Shown here piece by piece: positions 29,160 to 39,884 of a stretch of DNA of 64,000 nt. The notes under the pieces were generated by a model. That model searched no databases. It was not told the DNA's origin and saw nothing but the letters and a program-made list of their open reading frames with translations. The DNA is from an uncultured bacterium (GTDB lineage Bacteria > Armatimonadota > Abditibacteriia > Abditibacteriales > Abditibacteriaceae). Made by a program: the position numbers and the translations under genes. Every line of letters begins with the position of its first letter. Position 1 is the stretch's first letter. The DNA lies in the NCBI GenBank assembly GCA_963843795.1, contig CAWJLW010000006.1, positions 2,108,001-2,172,000 of the forward strand. The letters run 5' to 3'.

Positions 29160-30497
29160 TTACAGAATTTCGCGCAAGGCTTGAGCAAAGCTATCAATAT
29201 CTTCGCGCGTGTGTTTCTCGGTGCAGCAAATCAGCATCGCTTCCAAGCCGCTGTCATCGCGGCCCAAGTCGTAGCCGCCGATGATACCGCGTTCCAACAG
29301 TTGCGCATTCACGGTTTCGACCGGACGCGGCAAAACCAGAGCGAATTCGTGAAAAAACGGGCGGTTGAAGCGCAATTCGCAGCCGGGAATCGCGGCAAGT
29401 ACTTGCGCGGCGTAATGCGCTTTGTGATGGCACTGCGTCGCGATATCTTTCATGCCTTGCGGCCCCATCGCAGCCAAATAAATGCTCGCCATCAAGGCGC
29501 ACAACGCTTGGTTCGAGCAGATGTTACTGGTGGCTTTTTCGCGGCGAATGTGCTGCTCGCGCGTTTGCAATGTGAGCGTGAAACCGCTGCGGCCCTGCTC
29601 GTCAGTTGTTTGTCCAACCAATCGACCCGGAGCGAAGCGCGCGTATTTTTTGCGACAGCAGAACAAGCCCACGCCCGGTCCGCCAAACGAAATCGGAATG
29701 CCCAGCGGCTGACCTTCGCCAACAGCAATGTCGGCGTCGTAAGCGCCCGGCGCTTCCAGAATGCCCAGCGAAATCGGATTAAAGACCGCAATCACCAAAG
29801 CGCCGACCGCGTGCGCCGCATCGGCCAGAGCGCGCGCGTCTTCGATGTTACCGTAAAAGTTCGGCTGCTGAATCACGACTGCCGCGACGTTTTCATCCAA
29901 CTGATCGCGCAGATTTTCGGGGTCGATAATGCCATCGGAGCTTTCGATGGTTTCGAGTTCAAACGGCAAACCTTGCAGATAAGTTTGCGCCACGCGACGG
30001 CTGAACGGCGACAGCGTTTGCGGCAGCAACAAGCGTTTGCGCTTGGTAATCGCCTGCGCCATAATCAGCGCTTCGGCCAAAGCCGTCGCGCCGTCATACA
30101 AGCTGGCGTTGGCCATCTCCATTTCGGTCAACTGGCAGAGCAGCGTTTGAAATTCGTAAATGACTTGCAGCGTGCCCTGCGAAACTTCAGCTTGATAAGG
30201 CGTGTAAGCGGTCATGAATTCGCCGCGGAGGGCCAAGGCGGGCACCAATGCGGGAATGTAATGATCGTACATGCCGCCGCCCAAGAACGACAGCGCGCGG
30301 TCGCTGCCCAAATTGCGCGCGGCAATCGCGCTCATTTCGCGGCGCACTTGCATTTCGGACAAGGCATCGCCGATGCCCGGCGTGGCCGTTTCGCGCAAAT
30401 GAGCGGGAATATCGGCGAACAAATCGCCAATGCTGGTGACGCCAATAGTTTCCAGCATCGCGGTTTTGTCAGTTTCGGTAAGGGCAGCGTAACTCAT
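29160..30497 (-). CDS. gcvPA: Glycine dehydrogenase subunit 1
   Basis: TAYTPYQAEVSQGTLQ, NASLYDGATA, REQHIRREKATSNICSNQ. Confidence 0.97.
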   Translation of the reverse strand: MSYAALTETDKTAMLETIGVTSIGDLFADIPAHLRETATPGIGDALSEMQVRREMSAIAARNLGSDRALSFLGGGMYDHYIPALVPALALRGEFMTAYTPYQAEVSQGTLQVIYEFQTLLCQLTEMEMANASLYDGATALAEALIMAQAITKRKRLLLPQTLSPFSRRVAQTYLQGLPFELETIESSDGIIDPENLRDQLDENVAAVVIQQPNFYGNIEDARALADAAHAVGALVIAVFNPISLGILEAPGAYDADIAVGEGQPLGIPISFGGPGVGLFCCRKKYARFAPGRLVGQTTDEQGRSGFTLTLQTREQHIRREKATSNICSNQALCALMASIYLAAMGPQGMKDIATQCHHKAHYAAQVLAAIPGCELRFNRPFFHEFALVLPRPVETVNAQLLERGIIGGYDLGRDDSGLEAMLICCTEKHTREDIDSFAQALREIL

Positions 30498-30556
30498 GAG
30501 AATTTCGGAAATTTTAAAGACAAAAAGGCGCTGCAAGTACTTGCAGCGCTCAATTT

Positions 30557-30931
30557 TTAATCGGCGCGATATTCGGCGTACGCTGTCGCGTCCATCAAAT
30601 CGGCGTTGCTATTGCTCGCGCGCACTTTAATTAACCAGCCCTCTTCGTAAGGTGATTCGTTGAGCAACGAAGGTTCATCGACCGCCGCGAGATTGGCTTC
30701 CACAACTTCTCCACTCACGGGCGCGTTCAGTTCCGAAACCGCTTTCACCGATTCAACCACGCCAAAAGACGTGCCTTGCTTAATCGTTGAACCAACTTCG
30801 GGTAGTTCGAGATACACCACTTCACCCAGTTCGTGCTGAGCGTAGTCGCTGATACCGATGGTCACGATTTCGCCTTCGCTACGCAGCCATTCGTCGCTGC
30901 GCGAAAACTTTAAATCTTCGGGAGTGTTCAT
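30557..30931 (-). CDS. gcvH: Glycine cleavage system H protein
   Basis: GISDYAQHELGEV, VESVKAVSE lipoyl Lys, SPYEEGW. Confidence 0.97.
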   Translation of the reverse strand: MNTPEDLKFSRSDEWLRSEGEIVTIGISDYAQHELGEVVYLELPEVGSTIKQGTSFGVVESVKAVSELNAPVSGEVVEANLAAVDEPSLLNESPYEEGWLIKVRASNSNADLMDATAYAEYRAD

Positions 30932-30966
30932 AGCTTTGGTTTCCTTTTCCGCTTTATTATGCTGAA

Positions 30967-32067
30967 TTAACCGGCTTTGCGACCGGCTTCGACGAACGGC
31001 TTCTTGACCACGCGCGCCGAATGCAAACTGCCGCGCACCTGCACTTCAACCTGCTGACCAATCGCAACTTCGGCTGGCAGCATCGCCAACGCGATGCCGC
31101 CGCCCAGCGTCGGGCTGTGCGTGCCAGAAGTGATTTCGCCCACAATTGCGCCATCGAGCAGGACCGCGTAGCCATCGCGTGCAATCGCGCGACTTTCCAT
31201 TTGCAGCGCTTTGATGCGCTTATCGGCAGTCGCGCCTAGCAAGGCGGTTTTGCCGATAAAATCGGGGCTGAAGCTACTTGCGGCATCAGCTGCGGGCTTT
31301 TCGACGGCGAACGAAACGCCGCTTTGCAGTGGCGTCCATTCTTCACGCAACTCGTGACCGTAAAGCGGCAAACCGGCTTCCATGCGCAGCACATCACGCG
31401 CGCCCAACCCGCAGGGTTCGGCACCGTTTTCGATTAACAATTGCCAGATGCGTGGCGCGCTTTCACTATCGCCCATCCACTCGAAACCGTCACAGCCAGT
31501 GTAACCACCGCGCGCTAGAACACCCTCACTCCTATCGAGTGTGCAACGCACGCAATCGCGCCACTTTACCTGCGACAAATCGATGTTGCATAAAGGTTGT
31601 AGAACTTTTTCGCTGTTCGGGCCTTGAATCGCGATCATTGCTTGGCTAGCGTAAGAATTGTGCAGCGTCACGCCATTGAGATGCGCTTTCAGATGCGCTT
31701 CATCAACTTCGGCGCGCGAAGCGTTGACAACCACCAGCCAGCAATCGTTTTCCAAATGGTAGCCCATCACGTCGTCGATTATTCCGCCCTGCTCGTTCAA
31801 AAGCAAACCGTAAGCGACGCGTCCGGCGGGTAAATCGCGCCAGTTGGCAGATACGATCTGGTCGAGTGCAGTCGCGGCATGCGCGCCAGAAACCCAGAGC
31901 TGGCCCATGTGCGAGACATCGAACAGACCGCAATTTTCGCGGACGGCGCGCACTTCGTCGATGACGCCGCCATATTGAACCGGCATTTCCCAGCCAGCGA
32001 ACGGCACCATGCGCGCTTTAGCGGCGAGGTGAGAATCGTAGAGAGCGGTACGTTGGAGATTTTCCAT
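30967..32067 (-). CDS. gcvT: Glycine cleavage system aminomethyltransferase
   Basis: FAGWEMPVQY, LFDVSHMG, GYTGCDGFE, GLGARDVLRMEAG, ITSGTHSPTL. Confidence 0.96.
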   Translation of the reverse strand: MENLQRTALYDSHLAAKARMVPFAGWEMPVQYGGVIDEVRAVRENCGLFDVSHMGQLWVSGAHAATALDQIVSANWRDLPAGRVAYGLLLNEQGGIIDDVMGYHLENDCWLVVVNASRAEVDEAHLKAHLNGVTLHNSYASQAMIAIQGPNSEKVLQPLCNIDLSQVKWRDCVRCTLDRSEGVLARGGYTGCDGFEWMGDSESAPRIWQLLIENGAEPCGLGARDVLRMEAGLPLYGHELREEWTPLQSGVSFAVEKPAADAASSFSPDFIGKTALLGATADKRIKALQMESRAIARDGYAVLLDGAIVGEITSGTHSPTLGGGIALAMLPAEVAIGQQVEVQVRGSLHSARVVKKPFVEAGRKAG

Positions 32068-32234
32068 AATCGCGATGATTTAACCAGTTATTTTCCCAAA
32101 ATTCTACGATGCTGCGAAGGCATCAATTCGCAATAGCAGCTTTTTGATTTCTGTTTTTTGACAGCGTGGCGCGGCGTCTTTTTTGCGCCCTGGTGTGCTG
32201 CAGGTACTTGCAGCACACCATTAAAGGAAATATT

Positions 32235-33212
32235 ATGAACACGCCGATTCGCGTCGCTATCACGGGCGCTGCCGGACAAATTGGATACGCGCTGGCCTTT
32301 CGCATCGCTGCGGGCCAGATGTTTGGGCCAGAAACGCCGGTTATTTTGCATCTACTCGAAATCCCGCCCGCAGAAAAAGCATTGGCGGGCATCGTGATGG
32401 AATTGGATGATTGCGCATTTCCACTTTTGCAAAGCATAGTGCCGACCGTCGATGCCGACGAAGGTTTCCGCAATGTGAACTGGGCGCTTTTAGTTGGCTC
32501 GGTTCCACGCAAAGTCGGTATGACGCGCGCCGATTTACTTCATGTGAACGGTCAAATTTTCGTGACTCAAGGCCAAAATATTCAAGCTAACGCTGCAAGT
32601 GACGTGCAAGTACTTACGGTTGGCAATCCGTGCAACACCAATTGTCTCATCGCCATGCACAACGCGCCCGATGTGCCCCCTGAACGTTGGTTTGCCATGA
32701 CGCGCTTGGACGAAAATCGCGCGCGCACTCAAATCGCTCAGCGCGCTGGAGTTTCGGTGAACGAAGTCGAGCGCATCGCCATTTGGGGCAATCATTCTTC
32801 GACGATGTTTCCCGATTTCACCAATGCACGCATCCAGAACAAGCCCGCGACCGAAAAACTCGAACGCGATTGGCTTGAAGGTGACTTTCTCTCGACCGTC
32901 CAAGAACGCGGACTGGCCATTTTGCAGGCGCGCGGCGCTTCTTCAGCGGCTTCAGCGGCCAATGCCATTATCGACAGCGTAGTTTCGGCCACAACAGAAC
33001 AACACGACTGGCATTCGCTGTGTGTGGCTTCCGACGGTTCGTATGGTGTCGAGGAAGGTTTGATTTCGTCGTTTCCCACGCGCTACGAACATGGCAAAGT
33101 CACAATCGTGCCCGATGTCAGGTTGGAAAAATACGCTCAAGAAAAAATCGCGGCTTCGGTAGCAGAGCTGCGCGCTGAAAAAGCGGCGGTGAGCGATTTG
33201 TTACCGCAATAA
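32235..33212 (+). CDS. mdh: Malate dehydrogenase (MDH type 2)
   Basis: [53 protein letters not shown]. Confidence 0.96.
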   Translation: MNTPIRVAITGAAGQIGYALAFRIAAGQMFGPETPVILHLLEIPPAEKALAGIVMELDDCAFPLLQSIVPTVDADEGFRNVNWALLVGSVPRKVGMTRADLLHVNGQIFVTQGQNIQANAASDVQVLTVGNPCNTNCLIAMHNAPDVPPERWFAMTRLDENRARTQIAQRAGVSVNEVERIAIWGNHSSTMFPDFTNARIQNKPATEKLERDWLEGDFLSTVQERGLAILQARGASSAASAANAIIDSVVSATTEQHDWHSLCVASDGSYGVEEGLISSFPTRYEHGKVTIVPDVRLEKYAQEKIAASVAELRAEKAAVSDLLPQ

Positions 33213-33230
33213 TTTCACGTATCACAACAC

Positions 33231-33268
33231 GCAAAAGCGCCCTGCAAGTACTTGCAGGGCGCTTTTGC
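33231..33268. terminator. 38-bp palindrome with 12-mer core between convergent mdh and DUF1559 genes
   Basis: GCAAAAGCGCCCTGCAAGT|ACTTGCAGGGCGCTTTTGC. Confidence 0.85.
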
Positions 33269-33278
33269 TTAAGTAAAT

Positions 33279-34070
33279 TTATTGCACGCGGTCGTCTTGC
33301 GGACGAGTCGGCAGTTTGAAACGGTCGTTGTAGACAGCTTGGCTACTGCGGCTGGCGTCCAGCGCCATCGCGCCCTGATTCATGAATTTTACGTGGCCAT
33401 CGGCAAACGCGATGTTGGAACCACCCAAATGGCGAGACAGCTTCCCATCGGGCGCTTCGGGAGCCGCGTAGGTGTTGCCGGTATTGAAGTTGGCGTTGAT
33501 AACACGGCGCGGATCGGTAAACAGATAGAAAGACGAATCGGCAATCATTGGCAACAAGGCGACACCATTTATCCCGGCAGCCGAGAAGGGCGTATTATTA
33601 CCGATTACGCTCTCGTTCGCACCATAATTATTAGCATCAGGAAAGCTCTGACCGTTGGAACCATCAGAGTTAGGAGCCAAGTAAATTCCGGCTCTGGGTT
33701 TAATAGTGCTGGGACAGGTAAAAATTTGTGTGCTTTTCACGTACGGCTGAATCGTGTAACGCCAGTTGCCGTATGTCCAGAATCCGTCGTAATAGCCACC
33801 ATTATTCGGTGGGATGTAAGCATATGGAGCATTGCTGATATTCCACAGTGGATATTGTTCGTCGTAATCCTGAATGTATTGCATGACGCCTAAGCCGATC
33901 TGCTTTAAGTTCGATTGGCAGCTCGCCCGCCGTGCGTTTTCGCGCGCTCTGGCGAAAACTGGAAATAAAATGGCCGCCAAGATGGCGATAATGGCGATGA
34001 CGACTAAAAGTTCAATGAGTGTAAACCCCTTACGTCTCGTCGATTGTTGAACCGTGCTTTTCACTTGCAT
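33279..34070 (-). CDS. Prepilin-type N-methylation domain / DUF1559 protein with C-terminal H-X9-DG motif
   Basis: [60 protein letters not shown]. Confidence 0.93.
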   Translation of the reverse strand: MQVKSTVQQSTRRKGFTLIELLVVIAIIAILAAILFPVFARARENARRASCQSNLKQIGLGVMQYIQDYDEQYPLWNISNAPYAYIPPNNGGYYDGFWTYGNWRYTIQPYVKSTQIFTCPSTIKPRAGIYLAPNSDGSNGQSFPDANNYGANESVIGNNTPFSAAGINGVALLPMIADSSFYLFTDPRRVINANFNTGNTYAAPEAPDGKLSRHLGGSNIAFADGHVKFMNQGAMALDASRSSQAVYNDRFKLPTRPQDDRVQ

Positions 34071-34453
34071 AATTTTTCTCCTTAAGTTGCCCTGACTGCT
34101 TAAAAGAATATCGGCCTTATGTTACAAACACATACACGCTGCGTAACTATTTAGTAAATTTCAGGAGGTGAAACTGCAAACTGTTATGACGCGGGATTAA
34201 TATAGATTTTCCTGAAGATTGGGCTTATAAGAGAATTCGAAGAGATTTGTTTTTGCTAATCGGTTTGAAAAATTATTATGTCTCAACATAAATATTTGGA
34301 TTGCACGCAAAAAATGTAAGGGAATTAGAACGTTGGAATAGAAACGCTCAAACGTCTCCAAATATCTTATTTAACTTTGCGAAGAAAACAAAAAGGCTCC
34401 CTAAGTACTTGGAAGTACTTAGGGAGCCTTTTTGTTTCTAGAGTTTAGGTGTC

Positions 34454-34606
34454 TTACTCAGCGGCATCTTTGGGAGCAGCCGAGCTTGCCGGGGTGACAG
34501 CATTGTCAGCAGCTTCGTCGCTACCGCCGCCACAACCCATTACCAGCGCGCTACCAAAAACAGTGGCCAGAACGGCCAACAATGCGAAACGATTGTACAA
34601 CTTCAT
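34454..34606 (-). CDS. Small 50-aa lipoprotein (not in ORF track)
   Basis: MKLYNRFALLAVLATVFGSALVMGCGGGSDEAADNAVTPASSAAPKDAAE*; lipobox VMG-C; RBS GAGGAG; hairpin terminator at 34386-34437. Confidence 0.8.
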   Translation of the reverse strand: MKLYNRFALLAVLATVFGSALVMGCGGGSDEAADNAVTPASSAAPKDAAE

Positions 34607-34756
34607 TTTAATTCTCTCCTCAAACAAATGTGTGCGCAGTGTAAGCCTTCATCACCTGTAGTGCAAGTCATACCTCGAATAAATCAGTTATTACCCGAAG
34701 TTTCGTAAAAAGCGCCGCGATTTGTGGCATAGGAAAAGTTTGCACATTAAATGTGC

Positions 34757-37111
34757 TTAAAATGAACGCACCAGTTCGACTTGCAGCAGGTTCTGCTTGC
34801 TATTGTTATTGGGAATTCCACCCACTCGGTCGGTCGAAACGCGCTGTAAGCGTCCGACCAAAGTCAGCGAACGCGAGAAATCATAAGCCGCACGCATTCG
34901 CAGAGTTTGCTGGCGCGTGGCGTTGACCTGTTCCGAACCCAAATCAGCAAATTCTACTCCGCCGCCCAATCGCAATTTTGGCGTCGCGCGCCAGTAGCCT
35001 TCCAAACGCAAACTTTCTGCACCGCCCTGTAGCGAATCTTGCGTCGGCGCGACCGGATAACCCAACGGGCTGTTGCGATAATAATAATCGCTGTCGCTTA
35101 GGTTCTGCAACGCCAGATAAGTGCGCCCTTGCAAATTGGCATATTCCGCGAATAAGCCCAACTTTGACGGATCGCGCGGCGTAAAGACGTGCAGGCCCAA
35201 CAAAGAACCGATGCGATTGCGCACCAAATTGCTCGAGTTCACGCCGATATCATCGGCCAAAAATTCGGCCCAGCCGCGTACCCCGCGCGCTACGCTCTGC
35301 TCGATATAAGCCTGCACCAGCGAGTTGCCGTTATCGGCAGCCGTGTTGCGCTTGCGCAAACGTTCGACCGTGAACAATGGAATCGGTGAAAAAGTGGAGA
35401 TAAACGACAGTGGATCGAGCTGGTCTTTGGGTAACAACAGCGTTTCGGCGATGCCGATGCGCGTTTGTTTGCCGACCTGAACGTGCAAATTATGACCATA
35501 CAATGAACGCTGCCCGCCCAGCGGGCCACGATTTAAGGGCGCATACAGCGCATCGACCTGATAAGAGCCGCGCTTGAAGCTGGCTTGCAAGGTGTTGAGT
35601 GGGCCGGAAGTGTCGCCCAACAGCAAAGTGCCGAAATGGCCCGGTCCCCACCAAATTTCGTCGCGTCCCGCTCGTAGTTTCAGGCCGCGCAGCAGTTTGT
35701 TGGCGTTGTAATCGACATAAGCGCGTCGCACCAGAAAATTACTGTCGTTACTGCCTTTACGTGCATCGCTGCCGCCTTCGATTTGCGCAAAAAAGCCTAA
35801 CTTATCGCCCGAGGTGCCGAAAATATCGGTACGCGTATCGAAACCGCTGCGCGTGCGTCGCCCACCCTGACGTTCCGAAAACGGCTCGATTACGTTAGCG
35901 GTGTCACCAAAAACCCCGCTCAAGCGCGTTTGCCCAGCGATTCCAAACGTAAAACCGCTGCCCTTGGCGAGTTCGTTCAGATCGGCAACCGGCACGCCCA
36001 GAGTTTGCAATTCGGGACGAAAATCCCGCGTCAAAATTTGCAGTGCCGCGCGCTCTTTGCCATTCAACTCGCCATCGCGCGCATCGACGTTGCCAATCGC
36101 TTGTTTGACCAAACCGGCAATTTGCGCGCGCGAAAGCGTGAAATCTTCCTCACTGCGATGGCGGCGCACGCCATCGTCGCGCAGCAACTGTGCCGGATAT
36201 TGCGTGATGAGCTTCGAGGATGCCAGCGACGCCAGCAATTCGTAAGTCGGCGTATTGAATGGCACCACGGCGTTGGAGACGCCAGTTTCGTAAGCGATGG
36301 GCGCAGTTGGAATCGGGCCGGACGGCGGGTTATCGCGCGTGGTGTCGATAACAACGACCGAGCCATCGGTAATGCCAGTTCCGGGCGCATTTGTCGAAGG
36401 CGCCATCGCCATCAGCGAACCATTGTCGCCAACTTGAACCGTGCCCGCGTTGGGATCAGTCCACACAATTTCGCCGCGACTCTGGTTTTCTTCGACAATT
36501 TGAATGCGTGCGATGCCGATAATTTCGCCATTGCGTGTGATGGGAATTTTCGAGTTCGTCGTCACACCGCGATCCGCACCGGAACCAAAAGTCACGCGAT
36601 TGTCTTCGATTGCTGTGACAATCATCGATTTCATCGGCGCACCCGAAACCGTCGCGGGCATTGTGGTTCCCGTCACGGTCGCCGTTGGCGGAATAATTGT
36701 TACAGGAGTCTTCGCTGGAGGTGTTACCGGCGTCACAACTGGCGGCTCAACAACAACCGGCGGTGCGACAACCGGCGGTGCGACCAGATCTTGCACCGCG
36801 ATGAACTGTCCATTATCGCCCACTGAGACCACGAAATCTTCATCTGATTCGATAATGCGCGCCGTCGATTCGTCGGGACGCACCTCAAGTACTTGCACGC
36901 GCGCCTGCACGCGCCCGTTGCGTGTGATGCCATAAACCGCACCACGCACAGCGCCATCATTGGCGCCGATACCGAGCAGAATTTGTTTGTCCTGCACCGC
37001 AGTAATCAGCGCATTTTTCGGCGGCTCGTTTTGCGCCCAAACCGGGCGCGCGGCGATGGTAGCGTTGAGACAAAGAGCGGCAATGGGCAAAGACAGATAG
37101 CGAAAACGCAC
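34757..37111 (-). CDS. Outer-membrane protein with capsule-assembly Wzi-like C-terminal barrel and repeated N-terminal beta domains
   Basis: GTG start with signal peptide; GRDEIWWGPGHFGTLLLGD Wzi-like motif; terminal Phe; two IGxG..GV repeats. Confidence 0.65.
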   Translation of the reverse strand: MRFRYLSLPIAALCLNATIAARPVWAQNEPPKNALITAVQDKQILLGIGANDGAVRGAVYGITRNGRVQARVQVLEVRPDESTARIIESDEDFVVSVGDNGQFIAVQDLVAPPVVAPPVVVEPPVVTPVTPPAKTPVTIIPPTATVTGTTMPATVSGAPMKSMIVTAIEDNRVTFGSGADRGVTTNSKIPITRNGEIIGIARIQIVEENQSRGEIVWTDPNAGTVQVGDNGSLMAMAPSTNAPGTGITDGSVVVIDTTRDNPPSGPIPTAPIAYETGVSNAVVPFNTPTYELLASLASSKLITQYPAQLLRDDGVRRHRSEEDFTLSRAQIAGLVKQAIGNVDARDGELNGKERAALQILTRDFRPELQTLGVPVADLNELAKGSGFTFGIAGQTRLSGVFGDTANVIEPFSERQGGRRTRSGFDTRTDIFGTSGDKLGFFAQIEGGSDARKGSNDSNFLVRRAYVDYNANKLLRGLKLRAGRDEIWWGPGHFGTLLLGDTSGPLNTLQASFKRGSYQVDALYAPLNRGPLGGQRSLYGHNLHVQVGKQTRIGIAETLLLPKDQLDPLSFISTFSPIPLFTVERLRKRNTAADNGNSLVQAYIEQSVARGVRGWAEFLADDIGVNSSNLVRNRIGSLLGLHVFTPRDPSKLGLFAEYANLQGRTYLALQNLSDSDYYYRNSPLGYPVAPTQDSLQGGAESLRLEGYWRATPKLRLGGGVEFADLGSEQVNATRQQTLRMRAAYDFSRSLTLVGRLQRVSTDRVGGIPNNNSKQNLLQVELVRSF

Positions 37112-37211
37112 GGCAAATTCCTTTTCCGACAAAACGTTGAGTGAACGATTCCTTAAAACTGTGCTCGCAGTATAACAATCGCTTTCGGATAATTGTCGCG
37201 TGCTGCAAGAC

Positions 37212-37241
37212 AGTTGTGCTTCGAAAAGTTGTGCTTCGAAA
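37212..37241 (+). repeat. Perfect 15-bp tandem repeat upstream of the Wzi-like gene
   Basis: AGTTGTGCTTCGAAA x2. Confidence 0.8.
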
Positions 37242-37315
37242 ACCAATGTTGCATTTCAACTTCAAAACAAAAAGCGTGCTGCAAGTACTTGCAGCACGCT
37301 TTTTTATCAATATTG

Positions 37316-38491
37316 TCAATCGTAGCGGTGAAACGCACAACAACGCGCGCAAATGGGATACGGTCCGTTTTGCGCCAATCGCATCCGATGGGCGCGCATC
37401 TTTTCGCCGTTCCAAATCTCCATGAAACTTTGCTCACGAATGTTGCCCGCCACCATGTTAAAGCACGGACTGACATCGCCATTGGGAAAAATCGCGGTTT
37501 GCAGCCACGCGCAACCCGGTGTGCGCGGACGAATCACGGTTTCGGGCTCGTTGTAGTAAATATCGAGTTCTTCACGATTGAGTTCGGGATAGAAAACCGT
37601 CGGAATTTTCGCTTTGCTTTCGACTTCACGCATGATTTCAAACAATTCCTGTGCGTCGATGCCGTTGGTCGAAGAAACGCCGATTTCTTCGGGATCGAGC
37701 GGCATACAATCGCTCCATTGATGATTGTGCGCATCGACCATGCCCGGTGTCATGAACCAGAAATGTTGGAATTGCAGTACATCGGCGCCCAACTGTTCGG
37801 CCACTTCTAGCATCTTCGGCATGTTGCGATAATTATCGCCGGTAATGACGGAATTCAAAGCAATCGCAGGCGAATTGCTGCCCGCTTTCTTTTTCAATTC
37901 GTGCAACTTTTGCAAACCGGCATACGCTTTGTCGAAAGTGCCAGAAACCATACGCAGCTTGTCGTGCGTTTCGCGCGGGCCATCAATCGAAACTTGCAAA
38001 CTCGCGGGTGGCGCTTCCATCAATTCTTCGGCTTTGCGCTCCAAAAGTGTCGCATTAGTGACCATAGCGACGTGCAAACCGTGATGTTTCATGCGCGCCA
38101 GAAGTTTACCGATGCCCGGATACAACAGCGGTTCGCCACCGGTAATCGAGAAATACGGCTTATACGGCGCAACTTCATCGACTAACTGAATCCATTCGTC
38201 ATCGCGGAAATAATCGGCTTTGCCCGCGACCTGTCCGGTCGAAACATAACGACAAAACGAACAGCGCAGGTTGCAGCGGAACGTTGGTTTGATAGTGATG
38301 AAACGCGGATTCTGCGAGCGTCCATCCTGATTGCCCCAAACTTTTTGCTCGAAAGGCAAAGCCAGCGAGCGAATGCGATTGTGCAAATACCACGGCACGA
38401 TTGTCTTGGCGTGTTGGCGCACGCGCTCGGGGTTTTCCAGCAAGGATTTAACCCCAATGTTCTTCACCATCTTTAAAGCATGACTGCCCAT
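37316..38491 (-). CDS. Radical SAM/SPASM (twitch) domain protein
   Basis: CNLRCSFC, TGGEPLL, VSIDG...HDKLR, C...PNGDVSPC...GNIRE...EIWNG...CARCC. Confidence 0.9.
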   Translation of the reverse strand: MGSHALKMVKNIGVKSLLENPERVRQHAKTIVPWYLHNRIRSLALPFEQKVWGNQDGRSQNPRFITIKPTFRCNLRCSFCRYVSTGQVAGKADYFRDDEWIQLVDEVAPYKPYFSITGGEPLLYPGIGKLLARMKHHGLHVAMVTNATLLERKAEELMEAPPASLQVSIDGPRETHDKLRMVSGTFDKAYAGLQKLHELKKKAGSNSPAIALNSVITGDNYRNMPKMLEVAEQLGADVLQFQHFWFMTPGMVDAHNHQWSDCMPLDPEEIGVSSTNGIDAQELFEIMREVESKAKIPTVFYPELNREELDIYYNEPETVIRPRTPGCAWLQTAIFPNGDVSPCFNMVAGNIREQSFMEIWNGEKMRAHRMRLAQNGPYPICARCCAFHRYD

Positions 38492-38546
38492 AGTATTGTT
38501 TTACGCCCCGCAAGTACTTGCAGAGCTTATTTTGAAAATGACGACA

Positions 38547-38894
38547 TTATTTGGCGTCGGATTTCGCCGGTGCCGCGTCGCTTTTACTGCTGCTATCGCT
38601 GCTTTTGGTTTCGGTTTTGGAAGAATCGCTTTTGCTTTCGGCCTTAACTTCACTGCTTTTCGATTCACCGCTCGATTCGCTTTTCTCACCTTCTTTTTTG
38701 CCGCTTTTGGCAGCCTGTTCGGAGCGCAAATCGGTGAGATAAAAGCCACTGCCTTTGAAAATGACGCGCGGCGGCTGAAACACTTTTTTGGTTTGGGATT
38801 GACATTCCTCACACGGCGGCGGGGGCGAACCCACTTCCTGCCAGATGTCAAATTTATGCTTGCATTCAAGGCATTGATATTCGTAAGTCGGCAC
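38547..38894 (-). CDS. FmdB-family zinc-ribbon regulatory protein
   Basis: (M)PTYEYQCLEC...CEEC...VIFKGSGFYLTD plus Ser/Lys low-complexity tail; GAGGAG RBS. Confidence 0.9.
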   Translation of the reverse strand: MPTYEYQCLECKHKFDIWQEVGSPPPPCEECQSQTKKVFQPPRVIFKGSGFYLTDLRSEQAAKSGKKEGEKSESSGESKSSEVKAESKSDSSKTETKSSDSSSKSDAAPAKSDAK

Positions 38895-39006
38895 GTCTGT
38901 TTTCTCCTCTACTCGGCTCTGACAATTTTCTAAAAACAACTGGGAAACAACGCAATTATAGCAAGTTACACCTAACCCGCGATGGAAGCTCAACGGCGCG
39001 AACTTT

Positions 39007-39393
39007 CTACTTGGCAACATCGGCAAGTACTTGCCACGCGCGTTCGCGCACCACATCGGTGATTTTTTCGTCGTGGCCTAAATAATCGCCCATCAAAAAT
39101 TCAACGTTTTCATAGCGCTGCGCAGCATCTTCCAGCAAACCGGGTAAATCGTCGGCGACGTGCGTGCCCGAATGCAGGAAATACGGCACCGCAATTACGC
39201 GCGATGCGCCTTTTTCCACACAAGTCGCAATCGCGGTTGGAATATCGGGTTCGTTAAGTTCCATAAACCCGACTTCGACAATTGGATAAATTGCGCGCGA
39301 GCGAATTCGCTCGACAACTTTGAACATATCGCCATTGGAAGCCGGACGTGGGCTGCCATGCACCATCACTAAAAGTGCTGTGTTTTCGTTCAT
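39007..39393 (-). CDS. CbiX/SirB-type chelatase single domain
   Basis: VMVHGSPR, VGFMELNEP, VPYFLHSGTHVADDLP. Confidence 0.88.
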   Translation of the reverse strand: MNENTALLVMVHGSPRPASNGDMFKVVERIRSRAIYPIVEVGFMELNEPDIPTAIATCVEKGASRVIAVPYFLHSGTHVADDLPGLLEDAAQRYENVEFLMGDYLGHDEKITDVVRERAWQVLADVAK

Positions 39394-39884
39394 GATTTCA
39401 CTTCCGAATCAACTTCAATCCCAGGATTTTTCGGGCATTTCGGCGTGCCAAATAACGGGCATTGCGGATCGCCTTCGCACCATTGCGGCGCAATATTGAT
39501 TAAATCGCGCCACTGCTGCGGCGGCATCGCGCGCTCGGCGCATGCCAGAACCGCGTCTTCGAGCGAAGCGTGGTCGCGCATCGCTTCGGCGATAATCACT
39601 TCAATTTCGGGATGGCGCGCTTGCGCGGGCTCGAGAACTTTGGGCAGTTCGACTTTCACGAAATAGCCCGCAATGAGAAAATAAGGCACGACGATAATTT
39701 GGGTTGCGCCCAAAGCCACGCACTCATCGAAAGCCGATCCAAAGCGAGGCGTGGAATAGTTGAGAAATCCGACGCGCACGATGTCGGCAGCGCCACGCGT
39801 CTCCAATTTTTGCGCCAGCAGTTTCAAAGTTTCGCCAGCTCCACACAACGTCGAGCCGTGCGAAAATAAAATTATCGCGTTCAT
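39390..39884 (-). CDS. CbiX/SirB-type chelatase single domain with Cys-rich tail
   Basis: LFSHGS, VGFLNYSTP, VPYFLIAG; C-terminal C-x5-C-x7-C. Confidence 0.8.
   Translation of the reverse strand: MNAIILFSHGSTLCGAGETLKLLAQKLETRGAADIVRVGFLNYSTPRFGSAFDECVALGATQIIVVPYFLIAGYFVKVELPKVLEPAQARHPEIEVIIAEAMRDHASLEDAVLACAERAMPPQQWRDLINIAPQWCEGDPQCPLFGTPKCPKNPGIEVDSEVKS

Noticed and set aside
29136..30560. 474-aa plus-strand ORF and similar long antisense ORFs (22763-23716, 27499-28323, 35930-36826, 41000-41788)
   Set aside because: Shadow frames opposite well-supported genes, with no recognisable motifs.
32068..32234. Glycine riboswitch upstream of gcvT
   Set aside because: No GGAGA...CCGAAG...CTCTCAGG aptamer motifs visible on the minus strand.
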